From Candidatus Hydrogenedentota bacterium (GTDB taxonomy: Bacteria; Hydrogenedentota; Hydrogenedentia; Hydrogenedentales; SLHB01), in contig CAVUWV010000001.1 in NCBI GenBank assembly GCA_963745075.1, positions 352,001 to 416,000 of the forward strand: a DNA stretch of 64,000 nucleotides, in the 5' to 3' direction. The notes beneath the pieces are model-generated. The model saw only the letters and a list, made by a program, of their open reading frames with translations, searched no databases and was not told where the DNA came from. Shown here piece by piece: positions 10,642-19,959 of the stretch (its first letter is position 1; each line of letters begins with the position of its first letter). Both the position numbers and the translations under genes were made by a program.

Positions 10642-10710
10642 CCGTACCTTAATAATTCTTGAAGCCGTTCACGGGTGTTAGATTTCGCGGGGTTGCCTTG
10701 ATGGAATCAC

Positions 10711-11442
10711 TCACTCCTCAGCAATTCCTTCGATGTCGCAGGTGTAAGTCTGATCGCCGTCGCGCGGGCATTGCGCCATCCACTTGCCTTGCGGCGACAT
10801 CACACCGGTCGGGCAATTGACCGGTCCTTCGTTGGTGGCCGCGTTGGCCGTGCAGATATAGGCTTTGCTTTCGATGGCGCGCAGCACAAGGTTGGACTCG
10901 TGATAAGGGGCATGGATCGAGCTGGCGCCGGAATTCACGCTGAGGAAGATAACCTGCGCGCCTTTCTTCGCCAGTTGGTAGGAAAGTCGCGGGTCGGGGT
11001 ACGGTCCGCAACCCGGCGTCACCCAGAGGTCGTTGCAGATGAGGCACCCGAAGTTGACCCCCGCATGACGGAACACGCGCAGCTCGCCGCCGGGCCGGCA
11101 AAACTCGCGGTCCTTCGCCGTCGCCATGATCTTCTCGTGGGTGCCCATAAGTTCCCCCTGAGCACCGTACACGCGGGTTTGGATGTAGGCGCCGTCGTCC
11201 GTCTTCCACCCGGTGCCGACGAGCGCGGTGGTATACGTATGCCGGCATGCCTCCGCAATCTGTTTGCACGCGCGTTCGACGGCTTTCTGGCTGAAATCGC
11301 CGTAATAGCCGGTCAGGGCCATTTCCGGAAACAGCACGAAATCCGCATCCGTCGGCTTCAAGTGGGACAGGATTCGCTCGAGGTTGTCGTCAAGCTTCTT
11401 GGAAACGGGCATCTGAACACCCAGTACGCGAATTGTTTTCAT
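10711..11442 (-). CDS. Carbon-nitrogen hydrolase (nitrilase superfamily)
   Basis: FPEMALTGY (Glu), HEKI (Lys), GCLICND (Cys) triad. Confidence 0.92.
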   Translation of the reverse strand: MKTIRVLGVQMPVSKKLDDNLERILSHLKPTDADFVLFPEMALTGYYGDFSQKAVERACKQIAEACRHTYTTALVGTGWKTDDGAYIQTRVYGAQGELMGTHEKIMATAKDREFCRPGGELRVFRHAGVNFGCLICNDLWVTPGCGPYPDPRLSYQLAKKGAQVIFLSVNSGASSIHAPYHESNLVLRAIESKAYICTANAATNEGPVNCPTGVMSPQGKWMAQCPRDGDQTYTCDIEGIAEE

Positions 11443-11491
11443 GGTCGCTCCTCTCTCTCCCGATCATCATAATCGATTGCGTCATCGCCGA

Positions 11492-13495
11492 TCACGCTTC
11501 GATCGTGGGAGTCTTCGCGTAGCAGCGGACTTCATAGAGACGCGCCAGGTTCGATCCGTTGGTGGCCTGTATCGCGATGCGAATGCTTCGCGCCCGAACC
11601 GGATCGAAGGCGTGTCGGCGAAGCCGCTGGTAATTCCCGGTCACCCGCACCAGTTCCCGGTACCCATCAGAATCCTCGGGCTGGTATTCGATGGCGTAGT
11701 CCTTGATTGTTTCGGGTTGAGGGCCTTTTAAGACGCGCGCGATCGCACTTTTCTGCTCGGAAAGCGTGAGCTCCCGTTCAAAGCCGGTATCGAATGTGAT
11801 TTGAACGAAGCCGATCGCTTGCGGCGTGTCCCAGGCCAACGCGATCCACGCGCCCTTGTCCGTCATCGCCCCGGCCCACCGGTTGCGCCAACTCTTCGGC
11901 ACGTCGCGTGCCACGCCGGTCAGGATATTGGCGGGTTTGCTCTCTTCCAGTAGGCCGGACGCGGTTACCGTAGCGGTGCGCGCCACGTCATACGGATCCT
12001 CGTTGACGCAATCGCGAATGGCCTGGTCGTCGCGCAGCAGGATCTGTCGAAGGTCTGCGATCTGCCCGCTGTCGTTTACAACCTGATCCGGCGTCAGATT
12101 CCGCGTAATGCAGACTGCCGCGGCCGTTCCCACCGCCTGCCCGATGGCCGAACAGGTCCCCATCACGCGCGTGGACGTGAAGGCCACGTGGGTCGCGCTG
12201 ATGTTGCGGCCCGCCATAAACAGGTTCTGCAGATCCTTCGAATACAGCGACCGAAGTGGGATGTTGTACGGCTCAGGAATCTTCTCCTGCCGCGCAGGTC
12301 GCTCCTTCGGTTCATCGAATCCGCCGGAAGGGTGATCGTCGAAGGGCCACCCGCCGATGGTCACCCCGTCCGGGAAGTCGCGCCACCCCCCCTGACAATC
12401 GCCCTGCGTGAGCATGTGCGGCCCTTCAATGCGCCGGCTACCGCGCTTGCCCGGAATCATGCCAATCCAGTCCATGCCCCAGTTGGCGCTCGTGGGGTGT
12501 TCCCCCGAATTCTTGATGTAGTCCCATATCCCCATCACAATGGACAGGAGTTCAAAGCGAATCAGCTCGTTGTCGCGAATGGGATCGCGGTTGCCGCCCC
12601 ACTCGATCCACCAATACCCATACTCCCAGGAACGGATGCCCCGGAATTCCAGTTGGTCCTTCGTGACCTTACGCGCCCACGCCGGCGGAACGAAGGGGAT
12701 CGGTTCACCGTAGTCCTTCGACGTGAACAGGATGCTGCTGCCCAGTGTTTCCGGTCCCGCCGCTTCCGGGGCCAGGGATTCGTTGAACTCGGATTGCGCT
12801 TCGTGCCCCAGACGCATGGTCGCGCCCGCTTCCAGGCCCAAGCGGCAATCTCCGGTGCAGTCGGCGAAGTAGGGCGCGCGGATGCGATAGAGGTGTTCCG
12901 TCTTGTCGCAACGGACGAGTACTTCTTTGATTTGTCCATCCTCAACCTGCGCGCCGTAGAGGATGCTGTCCAGCAGCAGGGTGATGTTCGGCTCCGAAAT
13001 CACTTTGTCGTACAGCATCAGGTCCCACAGCTCCCACGCGAACTGCGGATTATGGACCACGTTTTCCAGGCGCAACTCTTCAAGGATTCCGCTTTCCCGC
13101 CAGCCCGGGTGCCCGCCGTGGACGTCCGCACCGACGATGTGCATCCGCACCTCGCTGCTCGCGTTGCCCCCCAGCCGCGAGCGGTCCTGCGCCAGTACGA
13201 CGCGCACGCCGTGGCGCGCCGCCGCGAGTGCCGCGCACACCCCCGCCATGCCCCCACCGGCCACCATGAAGTCGCAGTCGAGATCCACCGCCAGCATGTT
13301 TGGTTCGGCCTGGACCCGCTGCAACGAATCCGGCGGGGGAGCGATTTCCTCAAAGCGCGCATCCCGATCGATTGGCGCTGCCGCTGCCGCTTGTGCGGGG
13401 TCGGCGCGCAACAGCAGGGAGTACGTTCCCAACGCCCCGGCGCCGGCAACATCTTGAAAAAATCGCCGCCGTTCAATCCGTCTCTTGCTCGTCAT
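11492..13495 (-). CDS. Tat-exported FAD-dependent oxidoreductase with C-terminal discoidin-like domain
   Basis: RRRFFQ Tat motif, VAGGGMAG, LGGNASSE, DCTGD, YNIPLRSLYS, GRNISATH..F.STRVM. Confidence 0.9.
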   Translation of the reverse strand: MTSKRRIERRRFFQDVAGAGALGTYSLLLRADPAQAAAAAPIDRDARFEEIAPPPDSLQRVQAEPNMLAVDLDCDFMVAGGGMAGVCAALAAARHGVRVVLAQDRSRLGGNASSEVRMHIVGADVHGGHPGWRESGILEELRLENVVHNPQFAWELWDLMLYDKVISEPNITLLLDSILYGAQVEDGQIKEVLVRCDKTEHLYRIRAPYFADCTGDCRLGLEAGATMRLGHEAQSEFNESLAPEAAGPETLGSSILFTSKDYGEPIPFVPPAWARKVTKDQLEFRGIRSWEYGYWWIEWGGNRDPIRDNELIRFELLSIVMGIWDYIKNSGEHPTSANWGMDWIGMIPGKRGSRRIEGPHMLTQGDCQGGWRDFPDGVTIGGWPFDDHPSGGFDEPKERPARQEKIPEPYNIPLRSLYSKDLQNLFMAGRNISATHVAFTSTRVMGTCSAIGQAVGTAAAVCITRNLTPDQVVNDSGQIADLRQILLRDDQAIRDCVNEDPYDVARTATVTASGLLEESKPANILTGVARDVPKSWRNRWAGAMTDKGAWIALAWDTPQAIGFVQITFDTGFERELTLSEQKSAIARVLKGPQPETIKDYAIEYQPEDSDGYRELVRVTGNYQRLRRHAFDPVRARSIRIAIQATNGSNLARLYEVRCYAKTPTIEA

Positions 13496-13668
13496 AAGGC
13501 TTTCCCGTATCTTTTCGTTTGGAACTCGGAATCCGTCCGTTGCATCGTTGCGTAAACGAGGAATGGGATGCAAGAAAGGCGGGCATCAGCAGGGACATAC
13601 CGAAGTGGAGCCACGCTGGTGCGTGGCGATCCCAGTAAAGACAGACGTGCGATACAACGATCCAAAAG

Positions 13669-14559
13669 TCACGGGAAATTCGGAACCCCGTCCGTAGCGG
13701 CGGATTTCGACACCATGAAGAATTTCGAACCGTCGGGTTGCGGATAATTTGCGTACTCCACGTGGCCGTCCATGAACAGCACGTTCGCGCCGAGCGGCGA
13801 ATGATTGATCTCGCGAAACATCGGCTGTCCGTAGTCGGTTCGCACGGTGTCCCACCAAACGGCGATCTCCGACTCACCGCGCGCGGTGGCGGCCGGATTG
13901 TTGATATCCGAAACCGTAAACCGGTTGATGCCGTCGCGCAGGTAGTAGATGGTGATCGCTTCGCCGGTGCTCGGCAGGGTGACGTGCTGATCGTCGTAGC
14001 GGGTATCCAGGTTCACGCTGTCCGTGGTCAGGTTGTCGAGCAGCAATCCATGCAGCGCCATATCCAGCGGCTCCTTGACGAAGCGCGGTTCAATCATGAA
14101 ACCCCAATAGACATACGAGTAATCCGCCAGCGCGGGATATTGATCCATGGTCTTGACCGGATTGTCATAGATATCCTCGTGCCAACCGGGGCCAACGGGG
14201 CGAAACATCAGCCAGTAATCATATAACCGGCTGTATTCTGGGTCCGACGGGCAAACGATGAGGTGGTAGTCCGTGAGATATTCGGGGTACAGGATCGCCC
14301 CGTCAAAGCTCGACCAACATTCCTTCACCGGACTGAACGGCAAGTGATACGGGATCATTCGCGGCACCCACTCGCCGTGGTGTTCGTCGGCAAACATGCG
14401 AAAGATTTGCCCCATCTGCCGTTCGTTATTGGCGCACGAAGCCCGCCGCGCCGTTTCGCGGGCTCGGCCCAGTGCCGGCAGCAGCAGCGCCGCGAGGATC
14501 GAAATGATCGCGATCACCACCAGCACTTCGACCAGCGTGAATCCCCGATTGGTCCGCAT
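13669..14559 (-). CDS. Prepilin-type N-terminal cleavage / H-X9-DG domain protein (DUF1559-like)
   Basis: [36 protein letters not shown]-terminal [15 protein letters not shown]. Confidence 0.93.
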   Translation of the reverse strand: MRTNRGFTLVEVLVVIAIISILAALLLPALGRARETARRASCANNERQMGQIFRMFADEHHGEWVPRMIPYHLPFSPVKECWSSFDGAILYPEYLTDYHLIVCPSDPEYSRLYDYWLMFRPVGPGWHEDIYDNPVKTMDQYPALADYSYVYWGFMIEPRFVKEPLDMALHGLLLDNLTTDSVNLDTRYDDQHVTLPSTGEAITIYYLRDGINRFTVSDINNPAATARGESEIAVWWDTVRTDYGQPMFREINHSPLGANVLFMDGHVEYANYPQPDGSKFFMVSKSAATDGVPNFP

Positions 14560-14953
14560 CGTTCTTCTCCCTCATCAATACAATGGCGCAAGTCCGTGAA
14601 ACGGATCAGGAGCTTCGAACTTCGATGGGGGCGCTGCGCGATCATCTTCCTAATCCCCCCTACTTACTAAGACGTATTTGAGCCGGTTTGGGTGACCTCT
14701 CAACGCAATTTCTTCGTCTGGGACCGCCCCGCTACGTGGCCGGCGAATTGGAGAACGCATATGACGTGCCAGGATGCATGATTCGTCGTAAGGTACTTGC
14801 CTGAAATGGATTATGATGCGGCCGGACGATGCCGTGGCGACGTTCGTGTGGCGTGGACAACCACTCTTTGGTGGCGCGCGGGAATCCATGGGGTCTGACC
14901 GGGACCCCCGCCGGACCAGTTCCCGCGGCCGGTTGGTTTCGTGATGATGCGGG

Positions 14954-15709
14954 TTACTCCGCTTCGGCCACGTTCCCTTTCAGGAAAGCCTTCACCAGCT
15001 CGGGATGGAAATGCTTCCCGGACTCGCTCTTGAGGTGGTCCAGCGCCTCGTCGATGGAGAAGGTGCCCTGCCGGTAGTGACGCGCGCTCGTCATGGCGCA
15101 GAACACGTCCAGGATGCGCATGGCCTGCGCGAGGTAGGGGATGGCGTCGCCTTCCATGCCGTCCGGATACCCGGTACCGTCGAAGCATTCGTGATGGCGG
15201 CGGACGATGTCCTCGATATCCCGCAATCCTTCCGTTCGTTTCACGAGGTCGGCGCCGATATGGGTATGGCGTTGCAGCGTATCCCATTCTTCGTGGTTCA
15301 GCAGGGTGTATTTCAGCAGCACCTCATTCCGAATCTTCAATTTGCCGATATCGCGCAAGAGGGCGCCCCGTTCCAGCGTCAATTGATCCGATGCGGACAA
15401 GCCGAGCGCTTCTGCAAAACGCGTCGCATGGTTCTTGACCCGGAGCGACGTGCCCTGCACCAAATCTTCCCGCGAGTCGATCGCGTGAGCAATGAGTTCC
15501 AGCAGCTCCTCCTGCCGCTTGCCCAAGGAATCGGCAAAAACACCGATGGCGTCAACGTCCTCTGCACCCCCCACGACGGTCGCCGTTCCCGCCGGCAACG
15601 ATTCGTCTTTGGCGACGCGCACGACTTCCATGTTGCCGTCGCCCGCATTCTCCGTCAAAAATCCGAATAGCGGCTCATTCTCGCCCACCACCACGATCCG
15701 TTTAAGCAT
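14954..15709 (-). CDS. HD-GYP domain protein with degenerate HD motif
   Basis: HHECFDGTGYPDG intact; LLRDIGK in place of LLHDIGK. Confidence 0.88.
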   Translation of the reverse strand: MLKRIVVVGENEPLFGFLTENAGDGNMEVVRVAKDESLPAGTATVVGGAEDVDAIGVFADSLGKRQEELLELIAHAIDSREDLVQGTSLRVKNHATRFAEALGLSASDQLTLERGALLRDIGKLKIRNEVLLKYTLLNHEEWDTLQRHTHIGADLVKRTEGLRDIEDIVRRHHECFDGTGYPDGMEGDAIPYLAQAMRILDVFCAMTSARHYRQGTFSIDEALDHLKSESGKHFHPELVKAFLKGNVAEAE

Positions 15710-15918
15710 GAAACGCTCCTCGCATTCTGTGAATCGACCCCTCAACCGATTACGCAATCGCATCGCCATAGTAGCAACACCGTCGTCTTGCGGCAAGCGA
15801 CTCGTCATTCGCAGCCGATTGGTGCGCGTGCACAAGACGCGGTGCCAGGCTGACTTGCCTCTTGTCTCGCACGCGGAATCTGGTATACTCGTTCGGGGAC
15901 CGGGAAAAGGAGCATGCC

Positions 15919-16878
15919 ATGAAACGAGTCGGAATCTGCTTAGCCGTTCTAGGATGCATGATTATGATGGGTTGTCAGCGGTACCAGTCCGGCGCCCCCC
16001 ATGGCGCCATCGACGTCATCGCCCACCGGGGCGCCAGCGCCTACGCCCCCGAAAACACACTCGCGGCCTTCAAGCTGGCCAAGGAAATGAGTGCGGACTG
16101 GTTCGAGCTGGACTGCACGCTGACCCATGACGGTGAAGTGGTGGTCATGCATGATGAAACCGTCGATCGCACGACGAACGGCAAAGGGTACGTCCGCGAC
16201 CTGACCCTTTACGACATCAAACAGCTTGACGCCGGTTCGTGGTTCTCGCCGGAGTTCGCCGGAGAACGCGTTCCCACCCTGGGTCAGGCGCTCGATTTCG
16301 CCAAGTGGAACATCGGCGTCTACATCGAGATCAAGGACAGCGCGGACGACACCGCCCTCTTGGCGGCTATCCTCGACAAGGCCAAGGGCGACAAAGATGC
16401 CGGTCATCGGTTTAAGAATGAGATGATCGACATGATCGAGAAGAGCGAGTCGCGCAACCTCGAACTCACGCGCAAGGTGATCGAAGAAGTGCGGGTCCGC
16501 AAGATGCACCGGTACGTCGTCATCCAGTCCTTCTCGCCGATCGTGTGTGCCATCGTCATGAAAGAGGCGCCCGAGATGCGCGTCGAATTCCTCGGCGGGT
16601 TCAAAGAAGGCGACACCGAGGGCTGGGAGCAGTATCTCCGGCTCGGCTACTTCTTCGACTTTGACGGTTTCAACATGAATGCCGACGCATTGACCATCGG
16701 CCGCCTCGCCGCCTTCCAGGACGCGGACAAGACGGTCGCAGTCTATACCGTCGACGATTTGGAAACCATGAAACGCTTCGTCGAATGGGGTGTCGACGGC
16801 ATCATCACCAACAAGCCTGACCTTGCCCGCACCGTGACCGGCACGGTCAACCGCGCCGGCGGTCCGGCGGACCAATAG
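15919..16878 (+). CDS. Glycerophosphodiester phosphodiesterase, probable lipoprotein
   Basis: IAHRGAS..APENTLAAF, ELD, HDETVDRTT, GVDGIITN; signal ending MGC. Confidence 0.93.
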   Translation: MKRVGICLAVLGCMIMMGCQRYQSGAPHGAIDVIAHRGASAYAPENTLAAFKLAKEMSADWFELDCTLTHDGEVVVMHDETVDRTTNGKGYVRDLTLYDIKQLDAGSWFSPEFAGERVPTLGQALDFAKWNIGVYIEIKDSADDTALLAAILDKAKGDKDAGHRFKNEMIDMIEKSESRNLELTRKVIEEVRVRKMHRYVVIQSFSPIVCAIVMKEAPEMRVEFLGGFKEGDTEGWEQYLRLGYFFDFDGFNMNADALTIGRLAAFQDADKTVAVYTVDDLETMKRFVEWGVDGIITNKPDLARTVTGTVNRAGGPADQ

Positions 16879-16907
16879 ACGGCGGTTCAGAAAGCAAATA
16901 TCGCAGC

Positions 16908-16931
16908 AGGGCGGGTTCTAGAACCCGCCCT
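16908..16931. repeat. Perfect 24-bp palindrome between convergent genes (REP or terminator)
   Basis: AGGGCGGGTTCT|AGAACCCGCCCT. Confidence 0.8.
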
Positions 16932-17021
16932 TCTTGTTGATGCGGCTTGGACACGGCAGTCTGCTCCGCTGGTCTTGCTGGGCCGGAACACACCGTGCAC
17001 GGCTCCTCCGCAGGCTTCCGT

Positions 17022-17804
17022 TCAACTGAGCAGATATTTGGTCAGGTGGTCCCACGCGTTCGTCTGCGCCACACGCATGATGAGGAAACTCCAGACGACA
17101 AGTACGGCGTATCCCGTGGCGTAGTATCGGTCCCAGGACCGCGTCAGCAACCGCTTGACGACAAGGAACACCAATCCCAAAACCAGCACGCCAAAGAACG
17201 GACCGAACAGGGCGCCGCACAGGGTGCCCGCGTAGAGGTTTCTAATCGCTTCGACGCGGTCCGTGGCGGCGGGGATGGCAGCCATGGTGGCCAACAGCAT
17301 CATGGGGCGATGGATCTTCACCCGCTTTCGGTTCCACACGCCGACGAAGACGAAAGCGCCGAAAAGCAGGATGCTGAAGAGCGGGACCGCCAGAAAACGG
17401 TTGGGTTCGAGATTCCACAGTTTGAGGTCCGGCGGGTTGACGCTCGCCGCCGCAAAGGCCACTTTGAGGCCCGCCAGCACGATGCCGGCCGCGAGCACCG
17501 CCCCAACACGGCCGGCCATCATATGAACGCGCCGGTTCCCGGTGACCACCAGGAGCGGCTGGGCCAGGAACAACAGCATCCAAGCCGTCATCGCGATCCC
17601 GTGGAGGATCAGCCAGATTCGAATGGGCGGAGTGAGTTCCCGATGGGGGAATGCCTTGCCGTGCAGATAAAACTGCTGGAAACCCAGGAACATGATCGTC
17701 AGGAGCAGCAAGGCCGCTCCCGTGTAAAAGTAACGTCCGAAATCGATCTTTGCATGCGTCTTCGGTTGGGGTTCGTCCAATGATAAGGTCTGGCTCGTGC
17801 CCAT
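17022..17804 (-). CDS. Hypothetical multi-pass membrane protein
   Basis: About 7 hydrophobic segments with spaced His residues (LHG, VH..AG, IHRPMM); RBS GAGG upstream. Confidence 0.8.
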   Translation of the reverse strand: MGTSQTLSLDEPQPKTHAKIDFGRYFYTGAALLLLTIMFLGFQQFYLHGKAFPHRELTPPIRIWLILHGIAMTAWMLLFLAQPLLVVTGNRRVHMMAGRVGAVLAAGIVLAGLKVAFAAASVNPPDLKLWNLEPNRFLAVPLFSILLFGAFVFVGVWNRKRVKIHRPMMLLATMAAIPAATDRVEAIRNLYAGTLCGALFGPFFGVLVLGLVFLVVKRLLTRSWDRYYATGYAVLVVWSFLIMRVAQTNAWDHLTKYLLS

Positions 17805-17940
17805 GATTTGACAGTTCCTCTTTGTTTGAATGTGGCGCTCAACGCGCTCGATCCCCGGACCGGATCGGGGATCGATTCACCAGAAGCGCAGATAGTACTC
17901 CAAGTCATTTGAGAAAAGGTAGCGGAATCTCAAGCGTTTC

Positions 17941-18020
17941 GTCCGTCTCGTCCCTGCCATCCCCGTCCCTGCTGCCCCTGCTGTCCGTGTAGGTCCGTGT
18001 AGGTCCGTGTAGGTCAAGTC
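17941..18020. repeat. GTCCCTGCY 9-mers then three GTCCGTGTAG 10-mers
   Basis: Same bipartite layout as 5800-5998. Confidence 0.9.
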
Positions 18021-18089
18021 CGCGTTCCATTGTTTCATTTCCCTCCGCACTGCAACGCCCCGGCCTATCTTTATAAGGAGATTTCCGCC

Positions 18090-19672
18090 ATGACAAACCA
18101 CCCCAAACGCCCCCGCCCTCAAAAACGAACGAATCTCGGCACCCCCTGCGCCCGCACCTGGACCAACGACTGGATCGCCACCGTCAACGCCAAAGAAGCC
18201 GGAACTCAACCACCGAATCTGCGGCGCCCGCCTCCCCGACGCCACGCCCGTTGCACCAATGCTTCCGACCACCCCTCCGGCCGCTGCCCATTCCACGGCG
18301 GATTCGACCTCACCGGCGCACCCCCCGGCAACCGCAACCACGTAATCCACGGCCTCTACTCCCGCCGCCTGAGACCCTGCACCCCCAACTGCCCCCACTG
18401 GGAAAATTGCCCCCTCGCCAACCGTCATCCTCATCCTCTCGAACGCGGGGAACACGGGGACCCATCTTCTCTCCAGCCTTCTACAAATCCACAATCGGAA
18501 GACCCATCTTCGCAATCCCAAACGTCCGATCCGACCGATCGGTGCGATCCGTCCCATTCTTCCCAACCCCCAAACCCCACACCCCCGCAACAGGATCGTC
18601 ATCCTCGCGACAGCGGGGACCCATCTTCCCAATCCGATCCGTCCAATTCTTCCGATCCGTCCTATAGGTCCCATACGTCCTATAGGTCCTATCCCCCCAA
18701 CGCCACGCCGACGCAATCACCGCCCACCTGCCCCTACCAACTCGCCGAATACAACACCGTCCTCACCGACGCCCTTGCCGTCGTCGAATCCCAGCCCCAC
18801 CCCAACCCCATGGGCATCCACGCCGCCCACAACGTCGCCATGCTCCAAGTCCTCGTCAACGCCGCCACCGCCCACTTAGCGCAAGCCCCAAACCTCGGGT
18901 CTTCCTCTGAAGCATGGCCTTCCCCCCCTGGGCACGGGCGTCCCGCCCGTGTTCTTCCTCTTCATCCGCGACATGGGCTTCAAGCCCATGTCCTCCCGAA
19001 AACCTTAACCCCAACACCATCCTCGCCTTCACCCGCCTCATGCGCGAGTACCGCCACACACTAAAACTTCTCCAAACACCGGGGTACACCCCCTTGAACC
19101 GTCACAATTCCGCGGGTGCACCCCCCTCCCCCGACGGCATCCTCCGCCACGTCCAACGCACCCAACACGACACCGGTCTCGACCCCGATTCCATCGCCGC
19201 CGCTCAACTCGAGCCCCAAACCCCCGAGACCCACGCCAAAGCCTACATCCAACGCGCCGCCCTCGCCGGAGGACAAGGTCGCGACGTGGAAATGTGCGAA
19301 GCCTTCGATAACGCCGCCCTCATCGACGAACCCTACGCCGAATCCGAACGCGATCACGTCCTGGCCAGCTACCGCCCCGCAAAACAATCCGTCTCCCAAG
19401 AACTCGCCGAACTCATCCTCGGCAACCTTCATCTGCCGCCCCGACCCACAACCCACGAACAGAACCCCGACACAACCAAGCCCAACACCGACCACCCAAC
19501 AAACGAAGAATCCGACGATGTGCTCCAACACTTCCTCGACCTCATAAGAGAAGGGAAAATGCCCCCCGAAGCCTTCCCCATCGGCTCCCCCCTCCGAGCC
19601 CACGTTGAAGCCATCTACACCGGCCCACCCACCACCACAACCAAGCCCACCGGCGAAGCCGGCTCCGAGTAG
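18090..19672 (+). CDS. HGGxSTG-type Zn-finger protein (small-terminase-like), interrupted by repeat insertions and frameshifts
   Basis: RBS AAGGAG; GRCPFHGGFDLTGAPPGNRNHVIHGLYS motif; ICGAR lies in the +1 frame at 18217-18231; C-terminal part continues in the 18914-19672 frame. Confidence 0.72.
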
Positions 19673-19690
19673 TCCTTATCCGTCCATATC

Positions 19691-19740
19691 GTCCGTGTAA
19701 GTCCGTGTAAGTCCGTGTAAGTCCGTGTAAGTCCGTGTAG
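19691..19740. repeat. Five tandem GTCCGTGTA(A/G) 10-mers
   Basis: Counted directly. Confidence 0.95.
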
Positions 19741-19747
19741 CCCAGTT

Positions 19748-19827
19748 GTAGCGCAGGCGTCCCCGCCTGCAATTCCTGAGACAGAACCCCAAAGAATGCA
19801 GGCGGGGACGCCTGCGCTACATCCGCC
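19748..19827. repeat. GTAG-type REP doublet
   Basis: Arms match 7641-7713; spacer is the reverse-complement homolog of that doublet's spacer. Confidence 0.88.
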
Positions 19828-19959
19828 GCTCAACCCCGGAGTGAACCCCCAAAAATGCTGCGCACCCCCAACCACCTATCGTCCTCCCCCTACTACCCAC
19901 CAAAGCTCAATAACGCAAGCAGGCTTGCCTCGCCGAAGCTGACAAGCGAAGGCGGGTCC

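Noticed and set aside
17848..17940. Minus-strand fragment ...KRLRFRYLFSNDLEYYLRFW* followed by a 10-bp hairpin
   Set aside because: May be a gene tail cut off by the repeat array, but it is too short to assign; the rest of ORF 17877-18716 is antisense to repeats.
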